From contig JBNGIO010006272.1 in assembly GCA_049999805.1 (NCBI GenBank), positions 374,975 to 414,473 on the forward strand: a DNA stretch of 39,499 nt. Reading direction: 5' to 3'. The first letter of the stretch is position 1. The number at the start of each line of letters is the position of its first letter. This DNA is from Folioceros fuciformis. Its lineage: Eukaryota. A program made the translations under genes and the position numbers. Below the pieces are notes generated by a model. The model was given only the letters and a program-made list of their open reading frames with translations. It did no database searches and was not told the DNA's origin. Of this stretch, positions 1 to 12,511 are shown piece by piece.

Positions 1-220
1 GAGCAGGAAAGCGGGAAGCCGCGATGGCGAGACGCCGCGCTTAAATCCCAGAAGCCAGGCAAGCGTGGTGCCTGCAGGGAAGACAGACAAGCAAGACAGG
101 ACACGCCAATGAACAGGAGACGGAGGCGACAATGGTGCCCAGCGCCAGCTCTATACTCGCCCCCAAAACCTCCAAACCAGCGCTTCAAATTTTGAATTCG
201 CTCACCTGCCCGAAAATCAT
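1..220 (-). CDS. Possible 5' end of a neighbouring gene running off the window (micro-exon MIFGQ, intron 205-72, next exon from 71)
   Basis: On the minus strand, ATG at 220 is followed by a CAG|GTGAGC donor and a pyrimidine-rich ...tcttccctgcag acceptor at 72. The downstream frame is open to the window edge. No homology recognised, and this could be 5' UTR. Confidence 0.25.
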
Positions 221-329
221 GTGACCGTTATCACTGTAAAACGAGTGTACCACACGCAATTTTGAAAACAATGTTTGTGTCTATTCATAACTTACACGTC
301 TACGAACTTCCACAACTCACCCCCGTAAA

Positions 330-524
330 GCAGGAGCTATTGGTAAACACGAAGTAATGAGACACATAACTCGAGGCCGGCGCAAATGGTTTTGCCTTCG
401 GCATCTCATATGTCATGAGGCCATGCCCACTCGCACCCACTGCGCATGTCCACACCATCCCGCACACGTTACCGTTGGACGGCAACAGCGTGTCTGCCAA
501 ACTCCGTCCCTAAGTTGTGCCAGG
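330..524 (+). repeat. Left TIR of the MULE
   Basis: gcaggagctattggtaaacacgaag...taagttgtgccagg is the near-exact reverse complement of 5070-5326, apart from an internal block present only in the right copy. Confidence 0.9.
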
Positions 525-879
525 TATATTTATGCTAGGGGATTAGTTTTGTTTCAGTGTTCGGGTGTCACTTGCGCCCGCCTCCAGCCGACGAATTCAA
601 GGGCTCAGGAGTGAGACAGAAAGTAGGTTTCGTGCACAATGGCAGTGTGATCCAGTATGGCAGTGTGATCCAGTGTGATGCAGCGCTTGCACAATTGTAG
701 TGTATGGTTGTGCATTCACGCAGCCTTTCCATGTTTTCACCCAGCCTTAACCCTTTGGGGAGAAAGCTTGCTTCCGTCAAATTCTTGGCTATGTTTGGTG
801 TCTAGCTCATTTGAAGGCAAATCTTTCAGGGTTTGTCTCGCTGGAAATGGCCATCAAACTCCCCAACAATGGGTGGAAA

Positions 880-1990
880 ACGGATGCATAACAACAAAAT
901 TGCAGCACAACATTTCTTCCAGATCGCTTCATGCACTATTTGCAAAATGACCTGGCCAATATCTTGAATCGAAGCCCTCTGCATGGGCTACAGAATGATA
1001 TGTCTGTACTTTGGTTTGGCATCCAAATGCTTGTGGTATATTGAAAAACGGATGCATAACAACAAGATGCAGCATAATGTTTTTACCAGATCACTTCATG
1101 CACTATTTGTAGAATGCCCTAGTCAATATTTTGAATCGAAGCCCTTTGCACGGGCTACATAATGATATGTCTATACTTTGGTTTGNNNNNNNNNNGATAT
1201 GTCTATACTTTGGTTTGGCATGCACTATTTGTAGAATGCCCTGGTCAATATTTTGAATCAAAGCCCTTTGCACGGGCTACATAATGATATGTCTATGCTT
1301 TGGTTTGGCATCCAAATGCTTGCGATATCATCGAAAATCGAATGCATAAGAACGAGAATGCAGCAGAACTTTTTTACCAGATCGCTTCATGCACTATTTG
1401 CCGAATGCCTTGGTCAATATTTTGAATCAAAGCCCTTTGCACGGGCTACAGAATGATATGTCTATACTTTGGTTTGGCATCCAAATGCGTGCGATATCAT
1501 CGAAAATCGAATGCATAAGAACGAGAATGCAGCAGAACTTTTTTACCAGATCGCTTCATGCACTATTTGCCGAATGCCTTGGTCAATATATTGAATCAAA
1601 GCGTTTTGCACGGGCTACAGAATGATATGTCTACACTTTGGTTTGGCATCCAAATGCTTGCGATATCATCGAAAATCGAATGCATAAGAACGAGAATGCA
1701 ACAGAACTTTTTTACCAGATCGCTTCATGCACTATTTGCCGAATGCCTTGGTCAATATATTGAATCAAAGCGCTTTGCACGGGCTACAGAATGATATGTT
1801 TATATTTTGGTTTGGCATCCAAATGCTTGCAGTATCATCGAAAAACGGATGCACAAGAATGAGAATGCAGCAAGAGGTTTTTGCTGATTTTTGCATGCAC
1901 AATTCATGTATTTCTGTGCCCAGTGTCTTGAATTGAAGGTCTATGTAGCGATCACAGAATGATATGTCTGTATTGTGTTTTGGACCCCAA
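880..1990. repeat. 169-bp tandem repeat (about 6-7 copies) inside the MULE
   Basis: The unit cttcatgcactatttgccgaatgccttggtcaatat... recurs with 169-bp spacing (ORF starts at 1389, 1558, 1727). Outer copies are more diverged. A 10-N gap lies at 1186-1195. Confidence 0.9.
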
Positions 1991-2109
1991 ACAACGGAGT
2001 TTTGGTTGTAAGATGGATTTCGACAATCACATTTGCAAGTGACTGAGCAAAGACAAAAAACGTGGCCAGCCTTTGCAGAGTTGGCAAGGATTGGCATTTC
2101 TACTTAATT

Positions 2110-4690
2110 GATTCACTACATGCAGCCTTCCCTACAGCTTGTTCAGCAAATGTAGGGCGCTTTGCCTTCGGAGGCAGTTTCCATGATAGACGATTTTCCT
2201 AAAACGGTTTCTTCCTCTTCAAGCTATTGTCAGACGCTTTACCTATTGGCAAGAGGTATGGAATCTGCATTAGACTATTCTCCTCAGCCTCTGCAGCCAC
2301 ACCCTCTAACTACCGAAACACACCTTGTATAAGTGCAACTGCATGGGCCTCAATGCTAGGTTTCCTCTGCACTAAACTTGATACGTTTTCCCAAACAGTT
2401 GCAAAGTTCATTTGGCGGGGGACAGGAGCTCTCGTAATCACGTTTGTTCCAACATCCATAGCTTGTGACAAAGGACGATGTACAATTGTTAGCTCGTTTC
2501 GAACACTACCACAAAGTTCAGCCTCCCTAATAGATAATAGAGGTGCTTGTTTGTACGATTCTTGTGAAGTAGCCACTGATGCATAAATACCCACAAGGGT
2601 TTCTGTGGGCACTACTTCCTGCAAGAACATCATGATCTTCACTTGATGCTTACAAAGAAACCCTGTAGATAAAATCTTGCATGTGCAGCTGCCCCAAGGA
2701 GAGATGGCATTAAACACATGATAAGCCTTGTTCTTCTTTGCATTTTCACTCCTCACGATAACATATGGTTGCCCAGTACAAGGTAGGGATACATCGGACT
2801 ATGGGATTTCCAATGCTTTCTTTAGTGCACTTTGGACAACCAGTTCTTGCTTCTTATTCCTAATGATGCCACTCCTCTTACATTGTCTTTGGTACAAAAA
2901 ATGTTTGTTCACTTCGTTCTTCAGGATATGTAAAAGCTAGTCGAGTCGTCTGCTATGAAGATTCTTCTTTGTGAGGAGACAACGATACTTAAGGTGATGA
3001 TGATAAGCTTCGATCGAAGAGTTGAAGTCTTGACCTGCGTGAGGTATAGTCCTTACTACCTTTATCGACATGTCCATGACATTTCCCTACTGCTGCTAAA
3101 AATTATGCACAAAACTGGCTTCCGAGGCACCATACACCTCGTAAAACTTCTGAAGCTTCATCTGGGCTGATGCTAGATCATTCCTTGAGTCCATGTCCAT
3201 GTACATAACATTTCCCAAGGCCTTCATCATGGCTGCCATGTTACTTGCGGACTTGACTTTCATCAATAGCTGCTGCAACCATGCCCACCGTACATGCCAT
3301 AGACAGAGAAACACAAGAGTTGTGCTGCCAAACACTTGCTGGATTGCTTTTATCTCTACTGCACAGTCATCGACAAGGAAAGCCGTAGGATGCCAATCTA
3401 ACCGTACTGACTGCAATTTCCTTTGCAAAGCCTTTAACCACATGGCCATGTGTTCTGCAATAGATTGATTAGTAATTACCTAGGCCACCAGTATGCCATT
3501 GCGGTGATCATCGAACACCGGCAAAGTGAATAATTAAAACTGAAATAAAGAGACAGTGAGTTAGGAAGCTAGCATCCCACAATCTTGTGTTTGAAATGCA
3601 AAGAATCTAACCTTCCACTTGTATGTGCTGAACGTGGCATCCATTGAAATGATGGATTGATGCCCCCATTAAAGCATGCATTCCTCCTGGAAGCTTGTTT
3701 GAAACCCTAAGGTAAAATGTGTACTCTCCATTGAAGCACCAGGTGGTGGGAAGAAAACAATATCCCTGTGGATGTCAATCCACAGCTTGACACTAACTTC
3801 ATCAATGGTATGGAGTCTCCAACTCCTTGCATCCAACTCAGCCTGCAAGTTGCGTATGTCCTTAGGCAAGAGAAAATCATCTTCATGTAAGACAGCGTTA
3901 GGATCCCGTTGCATCCTAACATAGACATCGTTCTCGTGATCACATAAAATTTGGTAGGGAGTGCTTTTGCACAAAAGTTTGTGCTTCACCCATTCTCTCT
4001 TGCTTGTTGATAAAGAAGGAGCAAGAGCACGTGAGGGAGCTGCATCTGCTACTAACAATTCATGGCAAAAGTCACCAGAGGCATTCACGTGATGCCATTG
4101 ATCGAAACGGATTTGAGCAATATCTTGAAACAACTCCAATTGAGTAATGACAACCACAAACTGACAACCTACTTTCCTGCTCTCCCCACAAGCCACTTTG
4201 CTCCTTCGACTTCTAGGTCCAGACTTTGGCCTGTTAGTCATGTCCACCAAGGGTGCATCACTTTGGAGACAGTTGTCAGATCTAGAACCATAAGCACAAC
4301 AATATCGTATGTATTGTTTTGGTGTGGTTGGTGGCAGGATATTATACTTACGTGCTTTTGCCCTGGATAACGTGCAGCGTTTCACAAGCCTGGTTGGAAA
4401 AATTGGATTTTGCTCCTCACTGTTAAGAAGTCTGAAACCCTTTCCCATAGAATGTAAGCAGTCTTCACCTCCATTACAATTTTACGAACTACATGTATGG
4501 GTGTCCAACCATTCCTAGCCAGTTCTGTTGAAAATATCTGGCAGTGGAGTCTGGATCTCACATGAAAACCTTGCCATCTAAAGAGGTAGCAAAGTGTCCA
4601 ACCATTCCAAGCCAGTTCTATTGAAAATGCCTGGCACCGGAGTCTAGATCTCATACGGAAACCTTGCCATCTAGAAAGGTAGCAAAACAC
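2110..4690 (-). pseudogene. MULE transposase with C-terminal SWIM zinc finger, disrupted
   Basis: Motifs AYILWERVSDF, YCCAYG, SRKVGC, ISMDATF, WHPTAFLVDDC..EIKAIQQVF..VFLCLWHV and SWIM CTCKILSTGFLCKH. In-frame stops (e.g. 3669, 3481) and frameshifts. Probable intron around 3541-3612. Confidence 0.85.
4501..4686. repeat. 93-bp tandem duplication (31 codons) in the transposase 5' region
   Basis: gtgtccaaccattcc...gaggtagcaaa at 4501-4593 is repeated with substitutions at 4594-4686. Confidence 0.85.
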
Positions 4691-5069
4691 CTGACGTTAA
4701 AAGGCTTAACCGGTCCCAAGATTAGGCTAATTAAATGATGTATGTGAAGCAATCACAACTCTTGTGAATCAACTGGAGGAACTGAAAACTTACACTTTAC
4801 GGACGAGATGAACTACAAGCCCCCCACACCTAATCAATCCATCGCAGCACTTCCCGTCAATCCATCGCAGGACTTCCCGTACGCACACGCCTCCCGCACC
4901 TACAAGGACCATCATACCACTTCCCATAGCGTGATCAGCAACGCACATTGCTAGCTTGGTGTGACACACTCGACTAATTGAGCGGGGAAGGTCCGGAGAC
5001 TTTCATTACATGTGTTTTGAAACCAAAGCGTTTTGCCCGCCCGTTTTCGTTCCCCTGACATGAGTTTAC

Positions 5070-5326
5070 CCTGGCACAACTTAGGGACGGAGTTTGGCAG
5101 AGCGGGTGTCTAAACGGGCGCGACAAGCTGTTGCCGTCCAACGGGTGTCTAAACGGGCGCGACAAGCTGTTGCCGTCCAACGGTAACGTGTGCGGGATGG
5201 TGTGGACCTGCGCAGTGGGTGCGAGTGGGCATGGCCTCATGACATATGAGATGCCGGAAGGCAAAACCATTTGCGCCGGCCTCGAGTTATGTGCCTCATT
5301 GCTTCGTGTGTACCAATAGCTCCTGC
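5070..5326 (-). repeat. Right TIR of the MULE, with an internal 39-bp duplication
   Basis: Reverse complement of 330-524. cgggtgtctaaacgggcgcgacaagctgttgccgtccaa occurs twice in tandem (5103-5180). Confidence 0.9.
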
Positions 5327-5384
5327 GCCCCCGGAAGGGGAAGAACAGAATCGTCTTGGGAGCCGCTCCTTTTGCATTATAGCC

Positions 5385-8300
5385 CTAGGCGTCTGGGACA
5401 TTCTGACGCCGCAGCTTGGCTAAGTAGGCTAAGGGGTACGGGGAGGTGGATTTCCCGAACGAGGTACAGTGAGGGAGCTTGCTCTCGATCCTGGACACAT
5501 GCTCAGTGACGAGGTTCACATCTGTTCTGAGCTTCAGGAGATCCTCCTCCAGCTCCTGATCCGAGGCAGGGTTTGGAGACTTCGGCCACCAGAAGAGAGT
5601 GAGGCGGAATTTGTGAGGTCCGAGTTGGTCGGTTGTGTATTGAATCTGATGCCATCCCTTAACGCCGATGATTTCTTCGAGAGGGACTGACATGGTCCAG
5701 GTCTCTGATGAGGAGCAACCGAAAAGCAAGGGCTCCCGTTAGGAAACACGGGTCAATTATTGAGTACGGCTTGCGATAGATGTGCACTGACCTTGATTAG
5801 GGTTTGCGCTTTCGATGCTCAGTTTCTGGATTTCGTTCGTATTGATGGCAAGTTGCCACCGGTGGGAGAATGCCGTGTTGATGACCACTGTAGTGGCTCT
5901 CACATCGTCCTCCACTTTGTGACTGGTTACCAGGAGTGATGGTCGTTCTTGCCATAGATTGCTGTCGAGGTTGACGGGTTTCGTGCAGCCGTATTTTACC
6001 ACGTAGCTCGCAAAGTCTGGACCACCTTTGTGGCAAGTGAAACCCTCATCTGCCAGAAAGTCGAGTTCGTAGTCCAGGTTGCCAGGGGTGCTGGATGCAA
6101 GAGAGATGTAAGCTATTCCTGGTGTTCCATCACTGCCTGTTTCAATAACGTGGACAACCTGTTGAACAGCGGAACCGTGTCAGGTTACAGTGTGAGTCTC
6201 GTCAGAACCACTTCAGAATCCCGGCTTCGAAATCATGCTGTGCAGGGTGATGAGGAATGGGGAAGCTGCTCTCACATTGACTGTCCTTCCTACTTCGGGA
6301 GTGAAAGCTGGAAAAGTTTGGCAGAAAACCAGCAGAAGGGCTCCTGAAGCCACTAAGGCGCAGCCGGGAATGACCCCTCGCACACCCCCTGAGGAACGAA
6401 GTAACTTGGTAAACAGGGGCAGGCTCATCCAGCCACTCGCTGAAGCTCGAGCATCTGGGCAAAGGAATGTCAGCTTAGCTTACCCCATCGGTGAACAAAC
6501 GGCCAGAAGTACGTGAACCACAAGCAGATGATAACAGAGATCAGCCCAGCTACGAGAATGTTCCCGACCCAATCGGGAGTACCGCCAGGAAACCTGCACA
6601 GTGGATAGTTGTGTCAGTTGCATCAGCTGAAAAAATCTGAAGTCCCCAGAGCCTCAAGCTGTAGACGCAAGGAATAAAAAGACACCTGTCAAATCGCACC
6701 ATATTGCCAATCACGAACTGGGGTAAAAGGAAGATGGGATCTGCACTCAAGATCGTGGGGGGGATTACACCAACCCAGAAGGACACCAAGCTCAAAGGGC
6801 TCCTGGATTGTCTTCCACGGGCGTGATAGTTCAGGAGAATATCTGCACACCGGCAGGAACCTAGGTTAGCCACAACAAACAAACGCCAGTGCATTCAGGG
6901 AATTTGCGAATTGAGCACTCCATTCCCGGCAAACTTACAGGAGGCGGCAGGAAAAAGCAACCAGGACAGTGCCAGATACGATGACCCTGCATTCACTGAC
7001 GTGCCAAGTGCAAGGACTCCCATCCACTGTACAAGACCTGCCTTGTACGACCACCTTTCTGCATCCACTTCCACGAGGTAGTGATCCACTCCACCTTCAG
7101 ATGAATGGACTTTGCGCAGGTGGTACTCCAAAACCGTCCTCCCAAGCCAGTTGCCAATAAGAGCACCAAGCAAGGCAGGTGCCCCAAAAAGACCAATGCA
7201 TAACCAGGGATTGGCAATAAACGCTATTGCATGAGAGCCCAAACGCGGCACGATAAACGAGATGATTACAGCGAACAAGATGGATGATCCCCAAGTGAGA
7301 AGAAGAGTCAAGAGAGCAAGAACCAAAGATATTGCAGCTGGCAAACCATACGGCAGGACTGACGCAACAAAAAGGAGCAGTGACTGTAATAGCACAGATC
7401 TGTGAAGCACGTTCGCGAACTCCTTCGTGTATGTGACGGCATACTTGCCCTGCACTAAGACAAGACCATGGTTGAAAGGAAGGGCCTAAACCACGACAAT
7501 GTGATATCAACAAGCAGCTACTTCAGCACTTACCAAAATGTCAAGGTAGACCATGTCCATCTTGTTTTCTAGTGCATGAAGTTGAGTGGCATTCCCTCTA
7601 GGTACGGCTGCCAGTTCTGGAGATGATGAAACTTCCCTAAGAAAGGCCAACACATTGTCTCCAGACTGCTGCAAGGACCCACTGCTTAGGAACTCTATCT
7701 TGTCGTTCTGGAGGCAACAAACAAAACAGAAAGTCAGGGCCAATGCTGACGACATAAAAACTTTGCCACCGCACTCACCTATAACGTTGAAACCTCAAAA
7801 TGACCATCATAAGCCAACACAAATCTATAGCTTCACACCTTGGTATGGTAGACGGCGAAATTCCCCATGAACGCAAAGTCAAGACCAGAGAGTCCTGCAA
7901 CCTCCCTGTACACCTGGAAATCGGTCGCAGACTTTATTTGTCCCGATTGAAATACATCCTGCATTACAAGCACCACCCACCGTTTGAATTCCTCAGGGTC
8001 GCGATGACCCGACAGCCACGTATTGCAAGGCTTGCAGTTGTCAGGGAGGATGTTTCTCAACACACCAATAGACATTCCCAGGACCAATCCACGGAGTACA
8101 CTTGGGCACTGAAACGCAAGAAAACAGTGGGGCTGTACATGTCCAGTTAAACGATGGACCTTGCTGCAGCATGAAAGAGACTGGAAAACACAAGGCAGGC
8201 TTATAATACCTGGCACATTATTTGAAGTGCCGGAGAAGGAGCGACTTTAGCAAAAGCCTCAAGTAACCACTGATCAGGAGCCTGCAATAAAGGCACTACA

Positions 8301-9524
8301 AAGCCTGAACATAAAATCGAAAATAAAAGGCGAAAACGGCTCCTACCATAAAATCGAAAAATGCGAAGAGAGTCAGGGCATGAGGTGAACAAAGTACCTG
8401 AAAGAGAGTGAACCTCCCACCCACGCCATTAGATTCGAGGTCCATGAAGGCTTTGATAGAATTTCTCCAAGGATGCTGGAAATGAAACAGATGTGTGATA
8501 CAACAGAAAGTCTTAACCAGTTGATGACACGGCACACATCTCCAGTTGTGCCTCGACAGCCTTCTCCCAATTCCCTCAAGCTACAGAGTGCTCAGGTTCT
8601 GGATGAGCTGAAACCCACCTGAGTGATAAAAGAATGAGCACCATTCAGCCCTTCCTCCTCCCCCGTGTTAAATAAAAACACTACCGAGTTCTCAAATGTG
8701 CGGCCTGACTGAGTAAGCGTACGAAGAAGCTCCAACATAACGGCTACACATGAGCTGCAGTCTCCAGCGCCTGCCCTGAAGAGACCAACAGAGTATGCAA
8801 TTCATCACACGCAAAAGCCAACATTACTCCGAAGCAGATGCACCATCTTCAAACTCACGTTGTCACAACAGAGTCAATGTGTGAAGAGACCAGAAAAGCA
8901 TTCTGGTGTGATGAGTCTTTCTTAGAACCAACTCGGACGACCACTGACTTCAGATTAGAATACGCCAAAGTCTTCCCAAGAAACAGTCCTCCCTGAAGCC
9001 GATTGTACCCGGATGCAACAAACTCACTGATTTCTACATCCAAACCAGGGTCAGCTCGCAGTTGCACCAACCTGACTTGAGATACGACATACTGCAACCA
9101 ACACCAAGACAAATCTCATAAGCACGGCAGTCCACAGCATCCACAATTCAACCCATCTGCAAGTACGCAAGCCTAAATATCCTACCTTCACAGCCTGTTC
9201 CAGGGCATCGGACCCCACTGGATGGGGACCAACAGCAATCAAGGCCTTCACATGCGCCAAAGCCCTCTCCTCCGAAAATTCAGCCAGCCCGGCAGCACGG
9301 GCGGACTTTGCTTCTGGCAGCCTGTTCTGATACTGATGCACAAAATAGGCTCCGTAGACCAACACCACCAGCATGGTAGTCCAATCCAGAGCACCCCTCC
9401 AAGCTTTTCTAAATTCCCGTGTGGGCCGCTGCAAGCCATGAGAACCGGGCTCCTCCTTAACAGAATCGTCTCCTTCCGTTGCGCTCTGCTGGGCCCGCTT
9501 AGAGCGATTCCGAACCGCAGCCAT
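5385..9524 (-). CDS. ERMP1: Endoplasmic reticulum metallopeptidase 1-like (peptidase M28, multi-pass membrane); multi-exon envelope
   Basis: Exon 1 9524-9186 (MAAVRNRSK...FSEERA..HV..L..VGPHPVGS). Exon 2 9091-8859 (VSSHIDSV). Exon 3 8775-8619 (AGAGDCSSCVAVMLE...FNTGEEEGLNGAHSF). Later exons give DLESNGVGG, SATDFQVY, YHTKND, a hydrophobic TM block and the C-terminal LLKLRTDVN...FGKSTSPYPLAYL. Introns checked are GT-AG; stop at 5385. Confidence 0.92.
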
Positions 9525-12347
9525 CTCCTCTACCAATAATTCTACCACCCAACCCGGAACTAGGGAGAGGAAGAACAAAAATCGAAGCGGAAGCTCCTCA
9601 GTCCACACATGAAAATCGAACTTGTTGATTCACAAGAGCTTGACAAGACTGGTCTCGTGGTCGGGTACTCATGTCGTGTTCCACACAGGAGATGCTCAGT
9701 GAAAGCCGCAGGTGTACTCGTTTGGCGTTTTCCTTTCTCGGTGGGGAAGAAGAAACAATTTCTCCACAATCAAGCTGTTTACACATTCACGGTGGAGACC
9801 GTCGTGATCTGCAGGGGACCTTCGTACGAGCGGGAAATCTCATGCGGAACCCAACAAACGTGCCACTCCTACGCTGGAGAGAAGCTCAGCTTTCGGATTT
9901 CTCGTGGCGGCCATAGCAGTATCCCCGCCGGCATCTCAGCTTACGGCTCCCGCCTCTGAACCGAAGGGTGGAGAGGATGATTAAGGAATATCATTAAATC
10001 GACTGGCTCCCACATGAGGCTAATGAAGCGACTAATTTCATTTTCAGTCAAGGCTGTTCATAAAATATAACATCTGGAGCATATACGATACATGCCGCCG
10101 GTGGCAGATAATTCTGTGAGCTTCTAACTTATTGAAATTGCGAAGTCCTTATACTAAGAGAGTGAGAAATGTCTCACGCCTGGAATTGCCGATCCATCCT
10201 CTAAGTCCTTTGCATATGCTTTGTCCCAAGCGACCTTCAAGTGCATGCATAAACCGTATAAGGGTTCTAGGTAATCATTCTCACGCATGCAATCAACACC
10301 ATGCGAAGACAAGGGTTCACTACAAAGTGTAAGGGCAGAACACCACAGCAAGTTGCATGCCAAAATAGAACCATGGCCTTCTAAAACTTCAACCTGCAAG
10401 CTACAACACAACCACAAAAGTGTGTGCCCAGACTATAACCATAGTCTACACCCTAAACTTATAGACATAATCACCACCCATAATCTACACCCACAATTGT
10501 TAACCATAAGCTGCAAGTGCATCCTGCAAGTAAACTCAGCAACCACAAATTGCAGCTAAAATCTGAAAATACAATATACAAGTACTCTCTATGATAACAC
10601 TATACAAGGCCAGGTGTAGATCCAATTTGCAGCCACAATTTGCAACTAAAACTAGCAACTGTAATTAACAACAAAAATCAAGTACAACCTGAAAACACAC
10701 TATGGAACCATGCATCCCATAAGGATATGTGTAGATTGAACTTACCAGCCTATAGTGCATGCACAAACCACATAAGAGGTTTGGAAAATCATTCTGAGCA
10801 CTTGCAATCAGCATTGCAAACTACATGCCCAATTTATAACCATAGTCTTCAACCACAAGCTCTAACCACAATCACCCCTCACAATTCTCAACCATAATGT
10901 GCAACAAAAACTTGCAACTTCACTCAACAACCACAATATGAAAATACAATGTGCAACTACACTTTGCAACTATACTCTGGTTTCAATTTGCAACTAAAAT
11001 AGGTGACTGAAGTCAACATCTACATTATGCAAGTTCACTATGGAGCCACAACATGTAGCTGCAATGTACAACGGTGATCTACAAGGCCATGTGTAGCAAC
11101 AATCTCCAACTCCAAGATGGAAGGAAAGAGCCAAGGCACAAAGAAATTCACATCAAACAAGGCCTCTAGCTCATGCATCTCCTCCTCCAAGGGTGTCCAA
11201 GTTAGTGCTAACGATTGCAATGTGGAAGACAACGAGGAAACCTAGGAAAACGTTTATGGGTTTCCTTCACCCTTTATACGTGCTCAAAAGAAGGGCCCTT
11301 GTAGGTTGTAAGGAGGAAGGGAGCACGCATCAACTATTCCACATTGGCAAAGTGTAGAGCAGTTCATGTGTGAAAGCCTCCTCCTAGCATGTGTCTCACA
11401 ACTATGCATGTGTTTATGAGGTTTTCTTGTATGTGTTTGTTTTTCGTGGAAGAAAATTCAAATTATAAAGGTTTGTGGTAAGAACAAGGGGACAAAGATA
11501 GGTCTAGGATCTCCCCTAAGGCTCTCCCTACCTCACTCTAGCTAAGCAGAAGGTCCTTAGATTGTATACTGTTGAGAGAGCAAATGGTAATTGTTCCCCA
11601 ACAAAAAGCAAAAACGTTCGGGAGCACCCACTCACTCCATGGACACGAATGGTTCCAAGCTCCCCTATCTTATCGGATCGAGGAGGTGAACATGTTGCCA
11701 CTCTTTGCTTTTGAACTTTCATGATGTGTCTACTCTCACACCTTCACCAGCAATCAAAATATGTTTCTAGATTCTCTACAACATAGATTTAGCTATCAAT
11801 GGCTCTTTGCCCCCATACACCATTGCCGTCAAATTGAGCCAAAGTCCAGAGAGACATGAGCTCCACACCAAGCCTCACCATTGATGTTGGAAGAGTGGTT
11901 TCACTACTAGACACCAATGGGTTACATTACGCATGTTTGTAATAAAGTGGGAAGCGTTCATAATATTTTATAGCTTTTTATTACGGGACACTCAGCATTT
12001 GCTGAGCTTGCGGAATGTGACACAACCCATGACTCATAGACCATGACACTGATAACAATATGTAGAACCGAGGAGAGGTTCGGCATGTTTGGTGAGGACC
12101 CACCCATGTGCCAACCATCCTCCATGATATGATGGCTCGTAGATGCTGTGACCATGTCACATGTCTCATAAATGAGCCTATTTCATATACCATAATTTGG
12201 CCGATAGTAAGTACGGAAGCTCCTGTAGATCTTTTTTAGAAGCGCCAATCGCGACCACCATCCACTATTTTCAATGTGCACTACAGCCTTCTGTAATGAA
12301 ACGTTCTCAATACGACATGAGACCTGTTGTTAGGATGTGCTAAGCTG

Positions 12348-12511
12348 TGCTGGTTGTTAGCTTAGTAGTTCATTAAGCTAGGTTGGTTGTTAGCTTAGTA
12401 GTTCGTAAAGCTAAGCTGGTTGTTAGCTTAGTAGTTCGTAAAGCTAAGCTGGTTGTTAGCTTAGTAGTTTGTTAAGCTATGCTAGTTGTTAGCTTAGTAG
12501 TTCGTTAAGCT
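12348..12511. repeat. 33-bp minisatellite, about 5 copies
   Basis: Unit gctggttgttagcttagtagttcgtaaagctaa repeated in tandem. Confidence 0.9.

Larger units (their letters stand above)
329..5327 (-). mobile_element. Mutator-like (MULE) DNA transposon, decayed, about 5.0 kb
   Basis: Long TIRs (330-524 vs 5070-5326). 9-bp TSD cccccgtaa (320-328) / cccccggaa (5328-5336), 8/9 match. Internal MULE DDE + SWIM transposase remnant. Confidence 0.9.

Noticed and set aside
1253-1936. Repeated 67-78-aa ORFs
   Set aside because: By-products of the 169-bp tandem repeat, whose period is not a multiple of three.
10230-11000. Diverged direct duplication (about 10240 vs 10754) with short ORFs
   Set aside because: Looks like old repeat debris with no recognisable coding motifs or termini.
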